A DNA stretch of 64,000 bases from an uncultured Candidatus Saccharibacteria bacterium (GCA_964399075.1 CAYNPK010000002.1:20418-84417), one strand, 5' to 3'. Positions 36,463-47,132 are shown, counted from the first letter of the stretch. Numbers and translations are program-made. The notes: generated from the letters alone by a model not told the origin.

Positions 36463-36882
36463 ATGCTTTTCCCTAAAAAAGTTAAATATCGCAAATGGCA
36501 CACTTTTCGCCATAATCCTAATCGGCCCAAGGTGGCGACTCGGGGAATAACCGTGGCCTTTGGTTCTCATGGTTTAAAGGCGGTAACCGCTGGTCGAATT
36601 CGTTCAAATCAAATTGAGGCGGCGCGTAAGACGATCATGCATGAGATTAAGAAGACTGGTAAAATGTGGATTAGAGTTTTTCCCGATAAGCCTTACACGG
36701 CTAAGCCGGCGGAAGTCGGAATGGGTAAGGGCAAGGGAGATCCCCAGGGTTATGAGGTTATTATCTGGCCCGGACGAGTTTTGTTTGAGCTTGATGGCGT
36801 TGATGAATTAATTGCCAGAAACGCTTTGCGTAAAGCCGGCGCCAAGTTACCGCTTAAAACTAAGGTGATTGCTCGAGTATAA
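36463..36882 (+). CDS. rplP: 50S ribosomal protein L16
   Basis: QIEAAR, MGKGKG. Confidence 0.97.
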   Translation: MLFPKKVKYRKWHTFRHNPNRPKVATRGITVAFGSHGLKAVTAGRIRSNQIEAARKTIMHEIKKTGKMWIRVFPDKPYTAKPAEVGMGKGKGDPQGYEVIIWPGRVLFELDGVDELIARNALRKAGAKLPLKTKVIARV

Positions 36883-36887
36883 TAATT

Positions 36888-37133
36888 ATGATTACTTCTT
36901 CTAATAAAACTAAAAAGCGAATCCTAAGTGGCCTGGTGGTTTCTAATAAAACACCCAAAACTATTGTCGTGGAAGTTCAGCGTTTTGTTAAACACCCTAA
37001 GTATGGTAAATATATTAAGCGCTCCAAGCGTTACCAGGCGCATGACGAGTCTAACCGACATCAAGTTGGTGATCAGGTTCAAATTCAGGAATCTCGGCCA
37101 ATGTCTCGTTGTAAACATTTTATAGTCTTATGA
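36888..37133 (+). CDS. rpsQ: 30S ribosomal protein S17
   Basis: HPKYGK, AHDE, ESRPMS. Confidence 0.96.
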   Translation: MITSSNKTKKRILSGLVVSNKTPKTIVVEVQRFVKHPKYGKYIKRSKRYQAHDESNRHQVGDQVQIQESRPMSRCKHFIVL

Positions 37134-37501
37134 TTCAACCACAATCCATTGTTAAAATAGCTGATAATACCGGAGCCAAAATAGGCCGAGTGTTCAAAGT
37201 TATCGGCGGATCCAAACGACGTTATGCCGAAATCGGCGATGTGGTCATTTTGTCTGTGCAAGTTGCCGAACCTAAGAAGGCTCTTAAAAAGAAAGATGTC
37301 TCTCGCGCCGTGGTTGTCCGACAGAAGAAGCCTTATCGTCGCTTGGATGGTTCGTATATTCGTTTTGACGAGAATGCTGTAGTGATTTTAGAATCAGACA
37401 AGAGTGAACCGCGCGGTGGTCGTATTTTCGGTCCCATTCCTCGAGAATTGGCCGAACGAGGTTATCAGAAAATTGCTTCTTTAGCTCCAGAAATAGTATG
37501 A
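37130..37501 (+). CDS. rplN: 50S ribosomal protein L14
   Basis: ADNTGAK, IRFDENA. Confidence 0.97.
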   Translation: MIQPQSIVKIADNTGAKIGRVFKVIGGSKRRYAEIGDVVILSVQVAEPKKALKKKDVSRAVVVRQKKPYRRLDGSYIRFDENAVVILESDKSEPRGGRIFGPIPRELAERGYQKIASLAPEIV

Positions 37502-37803
37502 AAATCAAGAAGAATGATAATGTCATAGTGATTGCCGGCAAAGATCGGGGTAAAAAGGGAAAGGTCTCTCGATCTTTGCCGTCTTTGGAACGAGTGGTGG
37601 TGGAGGGGGTAAATATTGTTAAGCGACGCCAACGATCCAAACAGGCGAACAAAAAAGGCCAAGTTCTTGAGTCGGCATCTCCTGTTCATGTTTCTAATGT
37701 TCAGATCTGGTGTGCGAAATGCCAAAAGGGTGTTCGTTCGGGTAATCAGAAGTCTGGAACTAAAAAAGTGAGAATTTGTAAGAGTTGTGGTGAGGTCTTG
37801 TAA
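37498..37803 (+). CDS. rplX: 50S ribosomal protein L24
   Basis: VIAGKDRGKKG, HVSNV. Confidence 0.96.
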   Translation: MKIKKNDNVIVIAGKDRGKKGKVSRSLPSLERVVVEGVNIVKRRQRSKQANKKGQVLESASPVHVSNVQIWCAKCQKGVRSGNQKSGTKKVRICKSCGEVL

Positions 37804-37810
37804 TTTTTTT

Positions 37811-38335
37811 ATGACTAAAGTAATTAAACAAATTAAACAATCGACCAAGAGCAAGAGCGCTGTCAATCCGATGTCTTTGCCCCGATTGCAAAAGATTATT
37901 ATTTCTACCGGTGTTGGCAAGATTAATAAAGATAAAAAGCGCTTAGAGCTAATTGCCGATCGTTTGGCAAAAATCACTGGTCAGAAGCCAGCTCCCCGTG
38001 GCGCTAAGAAGTCGATTGCTGCTTTCAAATCTCGCCAGGGTGATGTTGTTGGCATGGTCGTAACTCTTCGCGGTAAGCAAATGCGAGGATTCTTGGCTAA
38101 ATTATTAAACGTGGCAATTCCCCGAACCCGAGACTTTAGAGGTTTTGATCCCAAACAAATTGACGAAATGGGCAATCTAACTTTTGCTATTAAAGAGCAC
38201 ACTATCTTTCCCGAGACTTCTGATGAAGATATCAAAGATGTTTTCAGTTTGGCGATTACCATGACAACCACGGCGAAGAATTATGAACAGGCTCTAAAGT
38301 TCTTTAATTCTATTAATTTTCCGTTTAAGAAATGA
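37811..38335 (+). CDS. rplE: 50S ribosomal protein L5
   Basis: ITGQKP, VTLRG, RDFRG. Confidence 0.96.
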   Translation: MTKVIKQIKQSTKSKSAVNPMSLPRLQKIIISTGVGKINKDKKRLELIADRLAKITGQKPAPRGAKKSIAAFKSRQGDVVGMVVTLRGKQMRGFLAKLLNVAIPRTRDFRGFDPKQIDEMGNLTFAIKEHTIFPETSDEDIKDVFSLAITMTTTAKNYEQALKFFNSINFPFKK

Positions 38336-38390
38336 AGTTGACTTTAGAGAGTTAGCTTGTTAGGATAAGCATTGCCCTAAGGGGCGTTTT

Positions 38391-38576
38391 ATGGCTAAAA
38401 CATCAGTTATTGCCCGAGCTCAAAAAAAGCCGAAATGGAGCACCAGAGTAGTGCGACGGTGTTTTCGTTGTGGTCGTCGGCGGGGTTACATGCGAGACTT
38501 CGATCTTTGTCGAATTTGTTTTCGCGAGCTTGCTAATGAGGGGAAAATTCCCGGAATCAAAAAATCTTCATGGTAA
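38391..38576 (+). CDS. rpsN: 30S ribosomal protein S14 (Zn-binding type Z)
   Basis: [15 protein letters not shown]. Confidence 0.96.
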   Translation: MAKTSVIARAQKKPKWSTRVVRRCFRCGRRRGYMRDFDLCRICFRELANEGKIPGIKKSSW

Positions 38577-38962
38577 CTGATCCTGTCGCTGATATGATTA
38601 CTCGTTTGAAGAATGCCCAAATGGCAGGTTTGCCGAAGGTGCAAATGCCTTTGTCGTCTCTAAAATATCAAATTGCTGAAGTCTTGAAGCAAGATGGTTA
38701 TGTTAAATCGGTTACCAAACGAGGAAAAAAGATTAAGAAAACTTTGGAGATCGAGTTAATTTACACTGACGGTCGTCCTCGAATCAACGAAGTTTATCGA
38801 ATTTCCAAGCCGTCCCGTCGAGTTTATTCTCGAGCTAAGGAGGTTAGATCAGTTAGGCAAGGAAGTGGTCGCGCTATTTATTCCACAACCAAGGGTATCT
38901 TAACTGACAAGGCGACTCGCGAGGCTAAGCTTGGCGGTGAGTTATTATTTAAAATTTGGTAA
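38570..38962 (+). CDS. rpsH: 30S ribosomal protein S8
   Basis: [17 protein letters not shown]. Confidence 0.97.
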   Translation: MVTDPVADMITRLKNAQMAGLPKVQMPLSSLKYQIAEVLKQDGYVKSVTKRGKKIKKTLEIELIYTDGRPRINEVYRISKPSRRVYSRAKEVRSVRQGSGRAIYSTTKGILTDKATREAKLGGELLFKIW

Positions 38963-38964
38963 TT

Positions 38965-39504
38965 ATGTCAAGAATTGGTAAACAAATAATCAAACTGCCC
39001 GAAAAAGTTTCCGCCGAAATCACCGACGGCTTGATTGTGATCAATGGACCATTGGGAATTCTTAAGCGACCATTTAATCCAATCATTGAGATTATTTGTT
39101 CTGATAATCAGGAAATCACCTTCAAACCTCGTCGTGAGACGGTTGAATCTCGTGCCCTGTGGGGAACTTACGCCGCTCATGTTAAGAATATGGTTTCTGG
39201 CGTTGTTACTGGTTATCAGAAGAAACTGATCATCGAAGGTGTTGGCTATCGCGCCAATCTCTCTGGTGATAAATTAACCCTTAGTCTTGGCTTGTCACAC
39301 CCCATTGAGCTGATTGTCCCATCTGGTCTCAAAGTCTTAGTGGAGAAAAATATAATCACTATTTCTGGAGTTGATAAAGAATTGGTCGGTCAATTTTCCG
39401 CAGACATTAGAGCTTTGAAGAAGCCGGAGCCTTACAAAGGCAAGGGAATTCGTTATGAGACAGAGATTGTTCGTCGCAAGGAGGGTAAGCGAGCCACAAC
39501 TTAA
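38965..39504 (+). CDS. rplF: 50S ribosomal protein L6
   Basis: MSRIGK, PEPYKGKGIRY. Confidence 0.97.
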   Translation: MSRIGKQIIKLPEKVSAEITDGLIVINGPLGILKRPFNPIIEIICSDNQEITFKPRRETVESRALWGTYAAHVKNMVSGVVTGYQKKLIIEGVGYRANLSGDKLTLSLGLSHPIELIVPSGLKVLVEKNIITISGVDKELVGQFSADIRALKKPEPYKGKGIRYETEIVRRKEGKRATT

Positions 39505-39525
39505 AATTAGTAATTTATTCTGTTT

Positions 39526-39912
39526 ATGATTAATACCAAAATAGACAAACAAAAACGTCGTCACGCTCGAGTCAGGGCCAAAGTTAGTGGCACCGCTTCT
39601 CGACCGCGTTTAACCGTCTTTCGTTCCAACAAATTTATTTACGCTCAATTGATTGACGATGTTTCTGGACGAACTCTAGTTTCTATTACTGACAAGGCTT
39701 TGCTTAACGACAAGGGTATTGCGACGGGGAAACGACCAGTTGATGCCGGTTTTACCAAGGTGCCAAAGGCTTATCGCGCTGGTCAAGAATTAGCCAAGCT
39801 GGCTCTAGCTACTAAAATTGATCAAGTCGTTTTTGATCGAGGTGGTTATCGTTATGCTGGTAGAGTTAAGGCGATTGCCGAAGGCGCTCGCACTGGTGGT
39901 TTAAAATTTTAA
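39526..39912 (+). CDS. rplR: 50S ribosomal protein L18
   Basis: [16 protein letters not shown]. Confidence 0.97.
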   Translation: MINTKIDKQKRRHARVRAKVSGTASRPRLTVFRSNKFIYAQLIDDVSGRTLVSITDKALLNDKGIATGKRPVDAGFTKVPKAYRAGQELAKLALATKIDQVVFDRGGYRYAGRVKAIAEGARTGGLKF

Positions 39913-39917
39913 TAATC

Positions 39918-40421
39918 ATGGAATCAACTCAACAAAAATCAAGACCAAGCAATCGCCGTTCCGGCCAGAGACCCGAGCGAGCCAAGCCGGAATTTGAACA
40001 AAAGATTTTGGATATTCGGCGAGTCACTCGAGTCGTTAGAGGCGGTCGTCGCTTTAGCTTCTCTTTAGTCGTCGCTATCGGCGATCGTCGCGGTCAGATT
40101 GGCTTGGGGGTTGGCAAGGGTAGTGACATCGCTGCGGCGATGGGCAAAGCCTACCGCGAGGCTAAGAAGGAAATGTTCCGTCTTCCTCTGACCAAGAATT
40201 CGTCTTTACCCCACGAGGTTGAGGCCAAGTCTTGCGGTTCGCGAGTAATAATTCGCCCCGCTAAAGGTCGAGGCTTAGTTGCTGGTAGTTCGGTGAGAAC
40301 CATTTTGGCTCTTGGCGGAGTCCGTGATGTGAGTGCCAAGATTAATTCAAAGAGTAAAAATAAACTCAATAACGCTAGAGTTACTATTAAAGCCCTTCGT
40401 CAACTGCAGTCAGTAATATAA
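39918..40421 (+). CDS. rpsE: 30S ribosomal protein S5
   Basis: RVTRVVRGGRRFSF. Confidence 0.97.
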   Translation: MESTQQKSRPSNRRSGQRPERAKPEFEQKILDIRRVTRVVRGGRRFSFSLVVAIGDRRGQIGLGVGKGSDIAAAMGKAYREAKKEMFRLPLTKNSSLPHEVEAKSCGSRVIIRPAKGRGLVAGSSVRTILALGGVRDVSAKINSKSKNKLNNARVTIKALRQLQSVI

Positions 40422-40430
40422 AATCTAAAC

Positions 40431-40871
40431 ATGCAAATACATCAACTTATTCCTAATACTCCTAATAAAAAGTCCAAATCCATCGGTCGTGGTGGTAAAC
40501 GTGGCAAGACTTCTGGTCGAGGGACTAAGGGGCAACGCGCTCGCGCTGGACACCGTATTCGTCCAGAATTACGAGATTTAATTAAAAAGATCCCCAAACA
40601 ACGCGGTTATCGTTTCCATTCCATTGAACAAAAAATGGTTGTAATCAACTTAAGCTCATTAGAGAAAAACTTTGAGGCCAATGCCAAAATTACCCCAACT
40701 CTCTTGGTTGAGAAGAAATTAATTTCCGCTAGACTGTCTCCCTCACTCTCTTTGTTGATTAAAGTCTTGGGTACCGGTAATCTTAGCAAGCCTTTGATCA
40801 TTTCCGGTTGCGCCGTTTCCGCCCCGGCGCGTGTTAAAATAGAGGCTGTCGGTGGCCAGGTGTTGAAATAA
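40431..40871 (+). CDS. rplO: 50S ribosomal protein L15
   Basis: GKTSGRGTKGQRAR. Confidence 0.96.
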   Translation: MQIHQLIPNTPNKKSKSIGRGGKRGKTSGRGTKGQRARAGHRIRPELRDLIKKIPKQRGYRFHSIEQKMVVINLSSLEKNFEANAKITPTLLVEKKLISARLSPSLSLLIKVLGTGNLSKPLIISGCAVSAPARVKIEAVGGQVLK

Positions 40872-40874
40872 AAC

Positions 40875-42149
40875 ATGTTGTCTAACCTTATTCATAAATT
40901 TCGCTTGATTCTTCAAGATGTATCCTTGCGCAATCGCATTTTATTTGTCTTGTTGGTGCTAGTTTTGTTCCGCTTAGGAGCGGCAATACCTATTCCGGGT
41001 GTTGATCTTCTAGCCTTACAGAACTTCTTTTCTGATAATCAATTTTTTGGCTTACTAAACGTTTTTTCTGGTGGCGGTTTAGCTAACTTGTCCATCTTCA
41101 TGTTAGGTGTTGGTCCTTACATTACTGCTTCAATCATTATGCAATTATTAACGATCATGGTTCCAGCTATCAAGGAGATGTATCACGAGGCCGGTGAGGC
41201 TGGTAAACGTAAATTTATCCAGTATTCTCGTTTATTGACTGTTCCTCTCGCCGCGCTCCAAGGTTGGGGTCTCTTGGCTCTATTAGAGCGACAAGGAGTA
41301 ATTGCTCACGCTGGTGTGCTTGAATTAGCCCTCAATATTATTACTATCGTGGCCGGTTCACTGCTTCTCATGTGGTTGGGCGAGCTTGTCGGTGAGTATG
41401 GCATTGGCAATGGCATCTCTCTCTTAATCTTTGCCGGTATTGTGGCGAGTATCCCTCAATCCTTGGGGCAAATTTTCGTCAATTACGAAGTAGCGCAAGT
41501 TCCTCTTTACTTAGTCTTTATTGTCGCTTCTGTAGCAATTATCGCTGGTGTGGTGATGGTTACCGAGGCGGAGAGACCTATTCCAATTACTTATGCCAAG
41601 CGGATTAGGGGAACGCGAGTGTATGGTGGTGTTTCAACTTATTTGCCAATTAGACTTAATCAAGCCGGAGTGATGCCAATTATCTTTGCTCTCTCTATTT
41701 TGCTATTTCCTCAAATGGTTGTTAATTTTTTGAGTCGAGTGAGTAATCCTTTGATTCAGAATGTTTCCGAAACTTTATTAACTCTCATTAATAATCCTTG
41801 GCTTTATTCTATTGCTTACTTTGTTTTAGTCTTCGTTTTCACTTATTTTTACTCGGCTATCACTTTTGATCCAGATTCTGTTGCTACTAATTTACAAAAG
41901 AGTGGCGCCTTCGTTCCTGGTATTCGCCCTGGTGCGCCCACAGCGGAATACGTTGGCTCGGTCTTGTATCGCTTAACGCTCATTGGCGCCCTTTTCTTGG
42001 GTATCGTCGCCATGTTGCCACTATTGATGAGGGCTATTACCGGTATTTCCGCTCTGGCTATTGGTGGCACGGCACTCTTGATTGTGGTGTCTGTGGCCCT
42101 AGAATTTATGAAGCAGATCAACGCTCAACTCTCTATGCGGGAGTACTAA
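40875..42149 (+). CDS. secY: Preprotein translocase SecY
   Basis: LGVGPYITASII, GIGNGISL, PGIRPG. Confidence 0.98.
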   Translation: MLSNLIHKFRLILQDVSLRNRILFVLLVLVLFRLGAAIPIPGVDLLALQNFFSDNQFFGLLNVFSGGGLANLSIFMLGVGPYITASIIMQLLTIMVPAIKEMYHEAGEAGKRKFIQYSRLLTVPLAALQGWGLLALLERQGVIAHAGVLELALNIITIVAGSLLLMWLGELVGEYGIGNGISLLIFAGIVASIPQSLGQIFVNYEVAQVPLYLVFIVASVAIIAGVVMVTEAERPIPITYAKRIRGTRVYGGVSTYLPIRLNQAGVMPIIFALSILLFPQMVVNFLSRVSNPLIQNVSETLLTLINNPWLYSIAYFVLVFVFTYFYSAITFDPDSVATNLQKSGAFVPGIRPGAPTAEYVGSVLYRLTLIGALFLGIVAMLPLLMRAITGISALAIGGTALLIVVSVALEFMKQINAQLSMREY

Positions 42150-42210
42150 GATCTAGTCTGAGTTTGGTGACGAGGTTCTCTTTTATTGTGATCATTGGTA
42201 TAATTAACTT

Positions 42211-42405
42211 ATGTCTGAAATTATTTTTAACCCCGACGAGGCCGATTTGTCGCGTGATAATTATCGTTCCACTCGGGGTGGATTGCTAGGTTTGTTTATG
42301 CGCTTAACCGGCATTGAAGATGAGCTGGCGGCTAATAAAATCATGTTGGCTATCGCCATTATTTTCTTCGTTGCCTCGGTGATAATCCTGTGGACCTACC
42401 TGTAG
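42211..42405 (+). CDS. Small membrane protein
   Basis: TATAAT just before the ATG; C-terminal TM helix. Confidence 0.6.
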   Translation: MSEIIFNPDEADLSRDNYRSTRGGLLGLFMRLTGIEDELAANKIMLAIAIIFFVASVIILWTYL

Positions 42406-42971
42406 TCATTTTTATTGGATATTCGGGTTGTGGCAAGGGGACACAGTCGGCTTTGTTGATGGATCATTCAACCCTCTATCTCCAGACTGGTAAACTCTTT
42501 AGAGATTTATCAGAGCAAAACAGTTTAACTGGCAACTTGGTTAAACAGTATTTATCTACTGGTCGTCGATTGCCGGACTTTCTGGCGGTTTGGAATTGGG
42601 GGCGAGTGTTGGTAGAACAAATCGCCAATTATCAGCGGATTTTGCTTGATGGTGCTCCTAGATCTTTAACTGAAGCGCAAGCGCTTGATTCAGCTTTTGA
42701 TTTTTATCAACTTCAGCCTCGGACCATCTTTTTCCTCAAGGTTAGTCGTGAGTGGGCCACTGACCGTTTACGGGAGCGCGGACGTGATGACGATCTTAAT
42801 CTCGCTGACATCGCTAGACGCCTTGATTGGTTTGAAGAATCAGTGGCTCCGGCGCTCGATTTCTTCCGTGACCATCCTGCTTATCGGTTTGTGGAATTAG
42901 ACGGGGAGCGGCCTATTGAAGTTATTCATGAGGAGATCCTCCAATTTTTAAATGATCACCATCAAAACTGA
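42390..42971 (+). CDS. adk: Adenylate kinase family protein
   Basis: GYSGCGKGTQ, LDGAPRS, RGRDDD; lies between secY and map. Confidence 0.85.
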   Translation: MDLPVVIFIGYSGCGKGTQSALLMDHSTLYLQTGKLFRDLSEQNSLTGNLVKQYLSTGRRLPDFLAVWNWGRVLVEQIANYQRILLDGAPRSLTEAQALDSAFDFYQLQPRTIFFLKVSREWATDRLRERGRDDDLNLADIARRLDWFEESVAPALDFFRDHPAYRFVELDGERPIEVIHEEILQFLNDHHQN

Positions 42972-43716
42972 AGCAGATATCGCAATCTTACGCCAAGGGG
43001 GGAAACGCTTAGCTAGACTCCTTCAAGCTTTGAGTAAAAAAGTGGCGCCTGGGGTTACCCCTAAAGATTTAGATCTCTTGGCGAGGCAAATAATTAAAGA
43101 GGGTGGTGATTTGCCCGCCTTCCTAAACTATCAACCGGCGGGAGCCTCACAACCCTTTCCAGCCGCTTTGTGTGTGTCCGTAAATGACGAGGTTGTTCAC
43201 GGAATTCCTTCTGATAAGCCTCTGCAAGATGGTGATATTGTTAGTTTAGACTGTGGTTTGAACCATCGTGATCGTTTTACTGATATGGCTATCACCGTGC
43301 CGGTTAACCAGGTCTCTCCTCAATTGCAGACTCTAATTAAAATAACCGAAGAAGCTTTACTGGCGGGAATTAAAGTTGCTCGCGCTGGACATACCACTGG
43401 CGATATTGGTGTGGCTATTGCCACTATCGCTCGTCGGCATAATTATGGTTTGGTAAGAGAATTAGGTGGTCATGGGGTTGGCTTTGAGGTTCACGAAGAT
43501 CCAGAAATTCCTAATTATGGTCGACGCGGTCGAGGCGTGGTTCTCAAGTCGGGTATGGTCATTGCGATTGAGCCGATGTTTAACTTGGGTCAAGGGGCGG
43601 TCAAATTTCTGGACGATGGTTATACTGTTAAGACTATTGATGGCTTACCGTCGGCTCATTTTGAACACACAGTCTTGATTACTGACGCCGAGCCGGAGAT
43701 CCTGACTTCTCTATGA
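42952..43716 (+). CDS. map: Methionine aminopeptidase type I
   Basis: VVHGIP, GHGVG, AIEPM, SAHFEHT. Confidence 0.96.
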   Translation: MITIKTEADIAILRQGGKRLARLLQALSKKVAPGVTPKDLDLLARQIIKEGGDLPAFLNYQPAGASQPFPAALCVSVNDEVVHGIPSDKPLQDGDIVSLDCGLNHRDRFTDMAITVPVNQVSPQLQTLIKITEEALLAGIKVARAGHTTGDIGVAIATIARRHNYGLVRELGGHGVGFEVHEDPEIPNYGRRGRGVVLKSGMVIAIEPMFNLGQGAVKFLDDGYTVKTIDGLPSAHFEHTVLITDAEPEILTSL

Positions 43717-43744
43717 TGCATCATTTAGGTTATAATCTGTAGTA

Positions 43745-46513
43745 ATGGAATTATCTAAACTTTCGCCTGAAACTAAAGTTTTTACCAATCCGGAAGAGGA
43801 ATTGAAATATTTACGTGCAGAAATTAGCAAACGAGAGCGCGAATTAGAAGAGCGTGGTCAACTAACACCTAAAGCTGAAGTAGCGAAGTCAGTTCTTGAT
43901 GATTATCAAGAACAGCCAAGTTCGGAAGTGTTGCATCCCCATTTTACTTTGCCAGCGCAAGAAGTTGAAGAAATCGTTCTTAATTTAAAACCAGAACTTC
44001 ACGATGACAAAATGTCAGAATTGTTGGGCTTGATTCAAACTAAAGGGGTTAAAAATACTCTAGTCATGGTGGATAAATTAGCTAATCCTCATCTGACTGA
44101 TGATTTCCATCGATTTCTAGTTGCTTATTTGGTTAGCGGTTATCCAGTCTTGGGACTTAAGCAAAAGTCAGCCCTCTGGAAGACTTTCCAGATGACTCTT
44201 TATGAGATTACTTTACCTTTGGCCGATAAACAAGAACCGGCTAAGCCCTTGAGAGAATTACTTTCTAGCATGGAGCAATTTTACGCCGGCATGCTGTCGA
44301 TTAAAGATCTTGATGATCTTGGACCTAATCATTTTACTCTGGAAATTGCCGTTGCTAATCAGAGTGATGAGTTTATTTTTTATGCCGCTGTGCCAACAGC
44401 ACGAAAGAATTTATTCGAGAAGCAGTTGTTGGCGATTTTTCCCTTAGCTCAGCTTGTTCCGGCGCCAGACGATTATAATATTTTTAATGCCGATGGTGTT
44501 TCTGTTGGTGCTTATGCCAAGCTTGATCGTTCGGCTATTTATCCGCTCAAGACTTATGATAATTTCGACTACGATCCGCTTAATATTCTGTTAAATAGTT
44601 TTTCTAAAACCAATAGACAGGGCGAGGGGGCGGCAATTCAATTAGTGTTTAAGCCTACTGGTGATCATTATGCCAAGCAGTATCGCCACACTCTTGATCA
44701 ATTGAATCGCGGTGTTGGTCTTAAAGAAGCTTTACCGGCCGAGACTTTGTGGTCAGAGTTTTCCCGATCGGGACTGGTTAAAGATGTTCAGGAGTTCTTT
44801 TTTCCTGAAAAATCGAGTAAGACATCAGAGCCAAAAGAGTCGAAATCTAAACCAGTTGATCAATCGGTAGTTAAGCTGTTTGAGGAGAAAGTTGCCTCGC
44901 CGATAGCGACAGTCAATTTGCGTTTAATCGCTTCTGGTCCAAGTCGCGGTAGTACTGAAGCGATCTTAGCTGATATGGAAGCATCTTTTAATCAATTTAG
45001 TAATTCTGGTGGTAACAAGTTAGCTTTTGTTCGTCCGACTGGTTCAAAATTAGATGCTTTGCTAAAAAGTTATTCTTTTCGAGATTTTGATTTTCACCAC
45101 TCTCTGCCTTTAAATCTTAAAGAGGTCGTTAGTGTGGCTCATTTGCCGACTACTGGTCGTGTGCCGACTTCTCAACTTAAGCAAAGTAAAGCTGGTCAAT
45201 CGGCTCCACCAACTGGCTTGCTTGATAGCGGTTTGTTGTTGGGAGTTAATCGTTATCAGCAGAAAGAGACAAAGATTTTCATGTCAGCTGAAGATCGCCT
45301 TCGTCACTTCTATGTCATTGGTCAGACTGGTACTGGTAAAACAACCTTGTTAAAAAATATGATCGCCCAAGATATTGCGACTGGTGAAGGGGTTTGCTTC
45401 ATTGATCCTCACGGTAACGATGTGGAAGAAATTCTTAGTTATATTCCCCAGAATCGTTATGAAGATTTAACTTATTTTGACCCAAGTCACACGGCTCGCC
45501 CCATTGGTCTTAACATGCTGGAATTTGATCCGGATTATCCTGAACAAAAAACCTTTGTGGTTAACGAGATGATTTCTATTTTTAATAAACTTTTTGACAT
45601 GAAGACGGTTGGTGGACCGATGTTCGAACAGTATTTCCGAAACGCGGTTTTGTTGATCATGGAAGATCCAGCTTCCGGCAACACTTTATTGGATGTCTCG
45701 CGAGTCTTAGCTGACAAGCGTTTTCGTGAACTTAAATTAAGTCGTTGTCGTAACCCAATTGTTTTGCAATTTTGGCGCGAGGTGGCCGAGAAGGCTGGCG
45801 GCGAAGCCGCCTTGTCCAATATCGTTCCTTACATCACCAGTAAGTTTGATATTTTCTTAAGTAATGACATTATGCGACCGATTGTCGTGCAGGAGAAATC
45901 AAGTCTCAATTTCCGTCAGATTATGGATGAAAAAAAGATTCTTCTCGTTAATTTATCTAAGGGTCGCTTGGGAGATATTAATGCCCATCTCATCGGCTTG
46001 ATTATTGTTGGTAAAATATTGATGGCGGCCCTCTCGCGAATTGGCAGTCAGTCCAGCGCTGTTCCGGCCTTCTACCTCTATATTGATGAATTCCAGAATG
46101 TAACCACTGACTCGATTGCTACCATTTTGTCCGAGGCGCGAAAATATAAATTAGGCTTAACGGTTGCCCATCAATTTATCGCCCAATTGGAGGAAAATAT
46201 TCGTGACGCTGTTTTTGGCAACGTCGGGTCTATGGCGGCCTTTAGAGTTGGGGCTACTGACGCGGAACATTTGGTTAAACAATTTGAGCCGATATTCTCC
46301 ACGACAGATTTAATGAACTTAGACAATAGGCATGCTTATCTTAGGTTACTGGTGAATGGCCGTCCGGTAAAGCCTTTCGACATTGAGACTTTAGCGCCAC
46401 CGCCTGGTATCTCTGTCGAAGCTCTAGCTAGCCTAAAGCAATTATCTTATGCTAAACATGGTAGTGATAGAGCTGTTGTGGAAGAGGCGATTATGCTAAA
46501 ATACAAAAATTAA
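43745..46513 (+). CDS. VirD4/TrwB/HerA-like DNA-transfer ATPase
   Basis: GQTGTGKT Walker A, FIDPHG, YIDEFQ Walker B, SEARKY. Confidence 0.88.
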   Translation: MELSKLSPETKVFTNPEEELKYLRAEISKRERELEERGQLTPKAEVAKSVLDDYQEQPSSEVLHPHFTLPAQEVEEIVLNLKPELHDDKMSELLGLIQTKGVKNTLVMVDKLANPHLTDDFHRFLVAYLVSGYPVLGLKQKSALWKTFQMTLYEITLPLADKQEPAKPLRELLSSMEQFYAGMLSIKDLDDLGPNHFTLEIAVANQSDEFIFYAAVPTARKNLFEKQLLAIFPLAQLVPAPDDYNIFNADGVSVGAYAKLDRSAIYPLKTYDNFDYDPLNILLNSFSKTNRQGEGAAIQLVFKPTGDHYAKQYRHTLDQLNRGVGLKEALPAETLWSEFSRSGLVKDVQEFFFPEKSSKTSEPKESKSKPVDQSVVKLFEEKVASPIATVNLRLIASGPSRGSTEAILADMEASFNQFSNSGGNKLAFVRPTGSKLDALLKSYSFRDFDFHHSLPLNLKEVVSVAHLPTTGRVPTSQLKQSKAGQSAPPTGLLDSGLLLGVNRYQQKETKIFMSAEDRLRHFYVIGQTGTGKTTLLKNMIAQDIATGEGVCFIDPHGNDVEEILSYIPQNRYEDLTYFDPSHTARPIGLNMLEFDPDYPEQKTFVVNEMISIFNKLFDMKTVGGPMFEQYFRNAVLLIMEDPASGNTLLDVSRVLADKRFRELKLSRCRNPIVLQFWREVAEKAGGEAALSNIVPYITSKFDIFLSNDIMRPIVVQEKSSLNFRQIMDEKKILLVNLSKGRLGDINAHLIGLIIVGKILMAALSRIGSQSSAVPAFYLYIDEFQNVTTDSIATILSEARKYKLGLTVAHQFIAQLEENIRDAVFGNVGSMAAFRVGATDAEHLVKQFEPIFSTTDLMNLDNRHAYLRLLVNGRPVKPFDIETLAPPPGISVEALASLKQLSYAKHGSDRAVVEEAIMLKYKN

Positions 46514-46514
46514 G

Positions 46515-47132
46515 ATGACTAATAAATTACCCCATCCACGGTTAGAGCGTACTTTGGTTTTACTCAAGCCGGACGCTATCCAAAGAGCTTTAATGGGGGA
46601 AATTATCAGTCGTTATGAGCGGATTGGCCTTAAATTGGCTGGCTTAAAGATGCTTGTCCCGACTGCGAAGCAGATTGAGAAACATTACGTTCTTGACCCA
46701 AATTGGCGACGGATAACTGGCGAAAAAGTCATTCAGGCTTATATCGATAAAGGTCTTAAGCCACCAGTTGAGGATCCTTATCAAGCTACAGAGATAATTC
46801 TTAGAAATTTAAAGAAATATATGACTAGTGGACCTCTAGTGGCAATGGTTTGGCAGGGGGCTAATGCGGTGGCGATTGTTAGAAAGATCACTGGAGGCAC
46901 AGAACCCTTAACTTCTAGTGTGGGAACTATCCGCGGTGATTTTGTTTTAGATTCTTACGCCATGTCTGACACGGATGGTCGATCTATTCGTAATTTGGTT
47001 CATGCTTCCGGCTCGGTTAAAGAAGCGATTAATGAAATTCGCCTCTGGTTTACTCCCAAAGAATTGATTGATTATCGCTTAGTTCAGGAGCAAATTCTCT
47101 ATGATGTTAATCTAGATGGAATTCTAGAGTAG
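46515..47132 (+). CDS. ndk: Nucleoside diphosphate kinase
   Basis: ERTLVLLKPDA, GTIRGDF, RNLVHAS. Confidence 0.95.
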   Translation: MTNKLPHPRLERTLVLLKPDAIQRALMGEIISRYERIGLKLAGLKMLVPTAKQIEKHYVLDPNWRRITGEKVIQAYIDKGLKPPVEDPYQATEIILRNLKKYMTSGPLVAMVWQGANAVAIVRKITGGTEPLTSSVGTIRGDFVLDSYAMSDTDGRSIRNLVHASGSVKEAINEIRLWFTPKELIDYRLVQEQILYDVNLDGILE

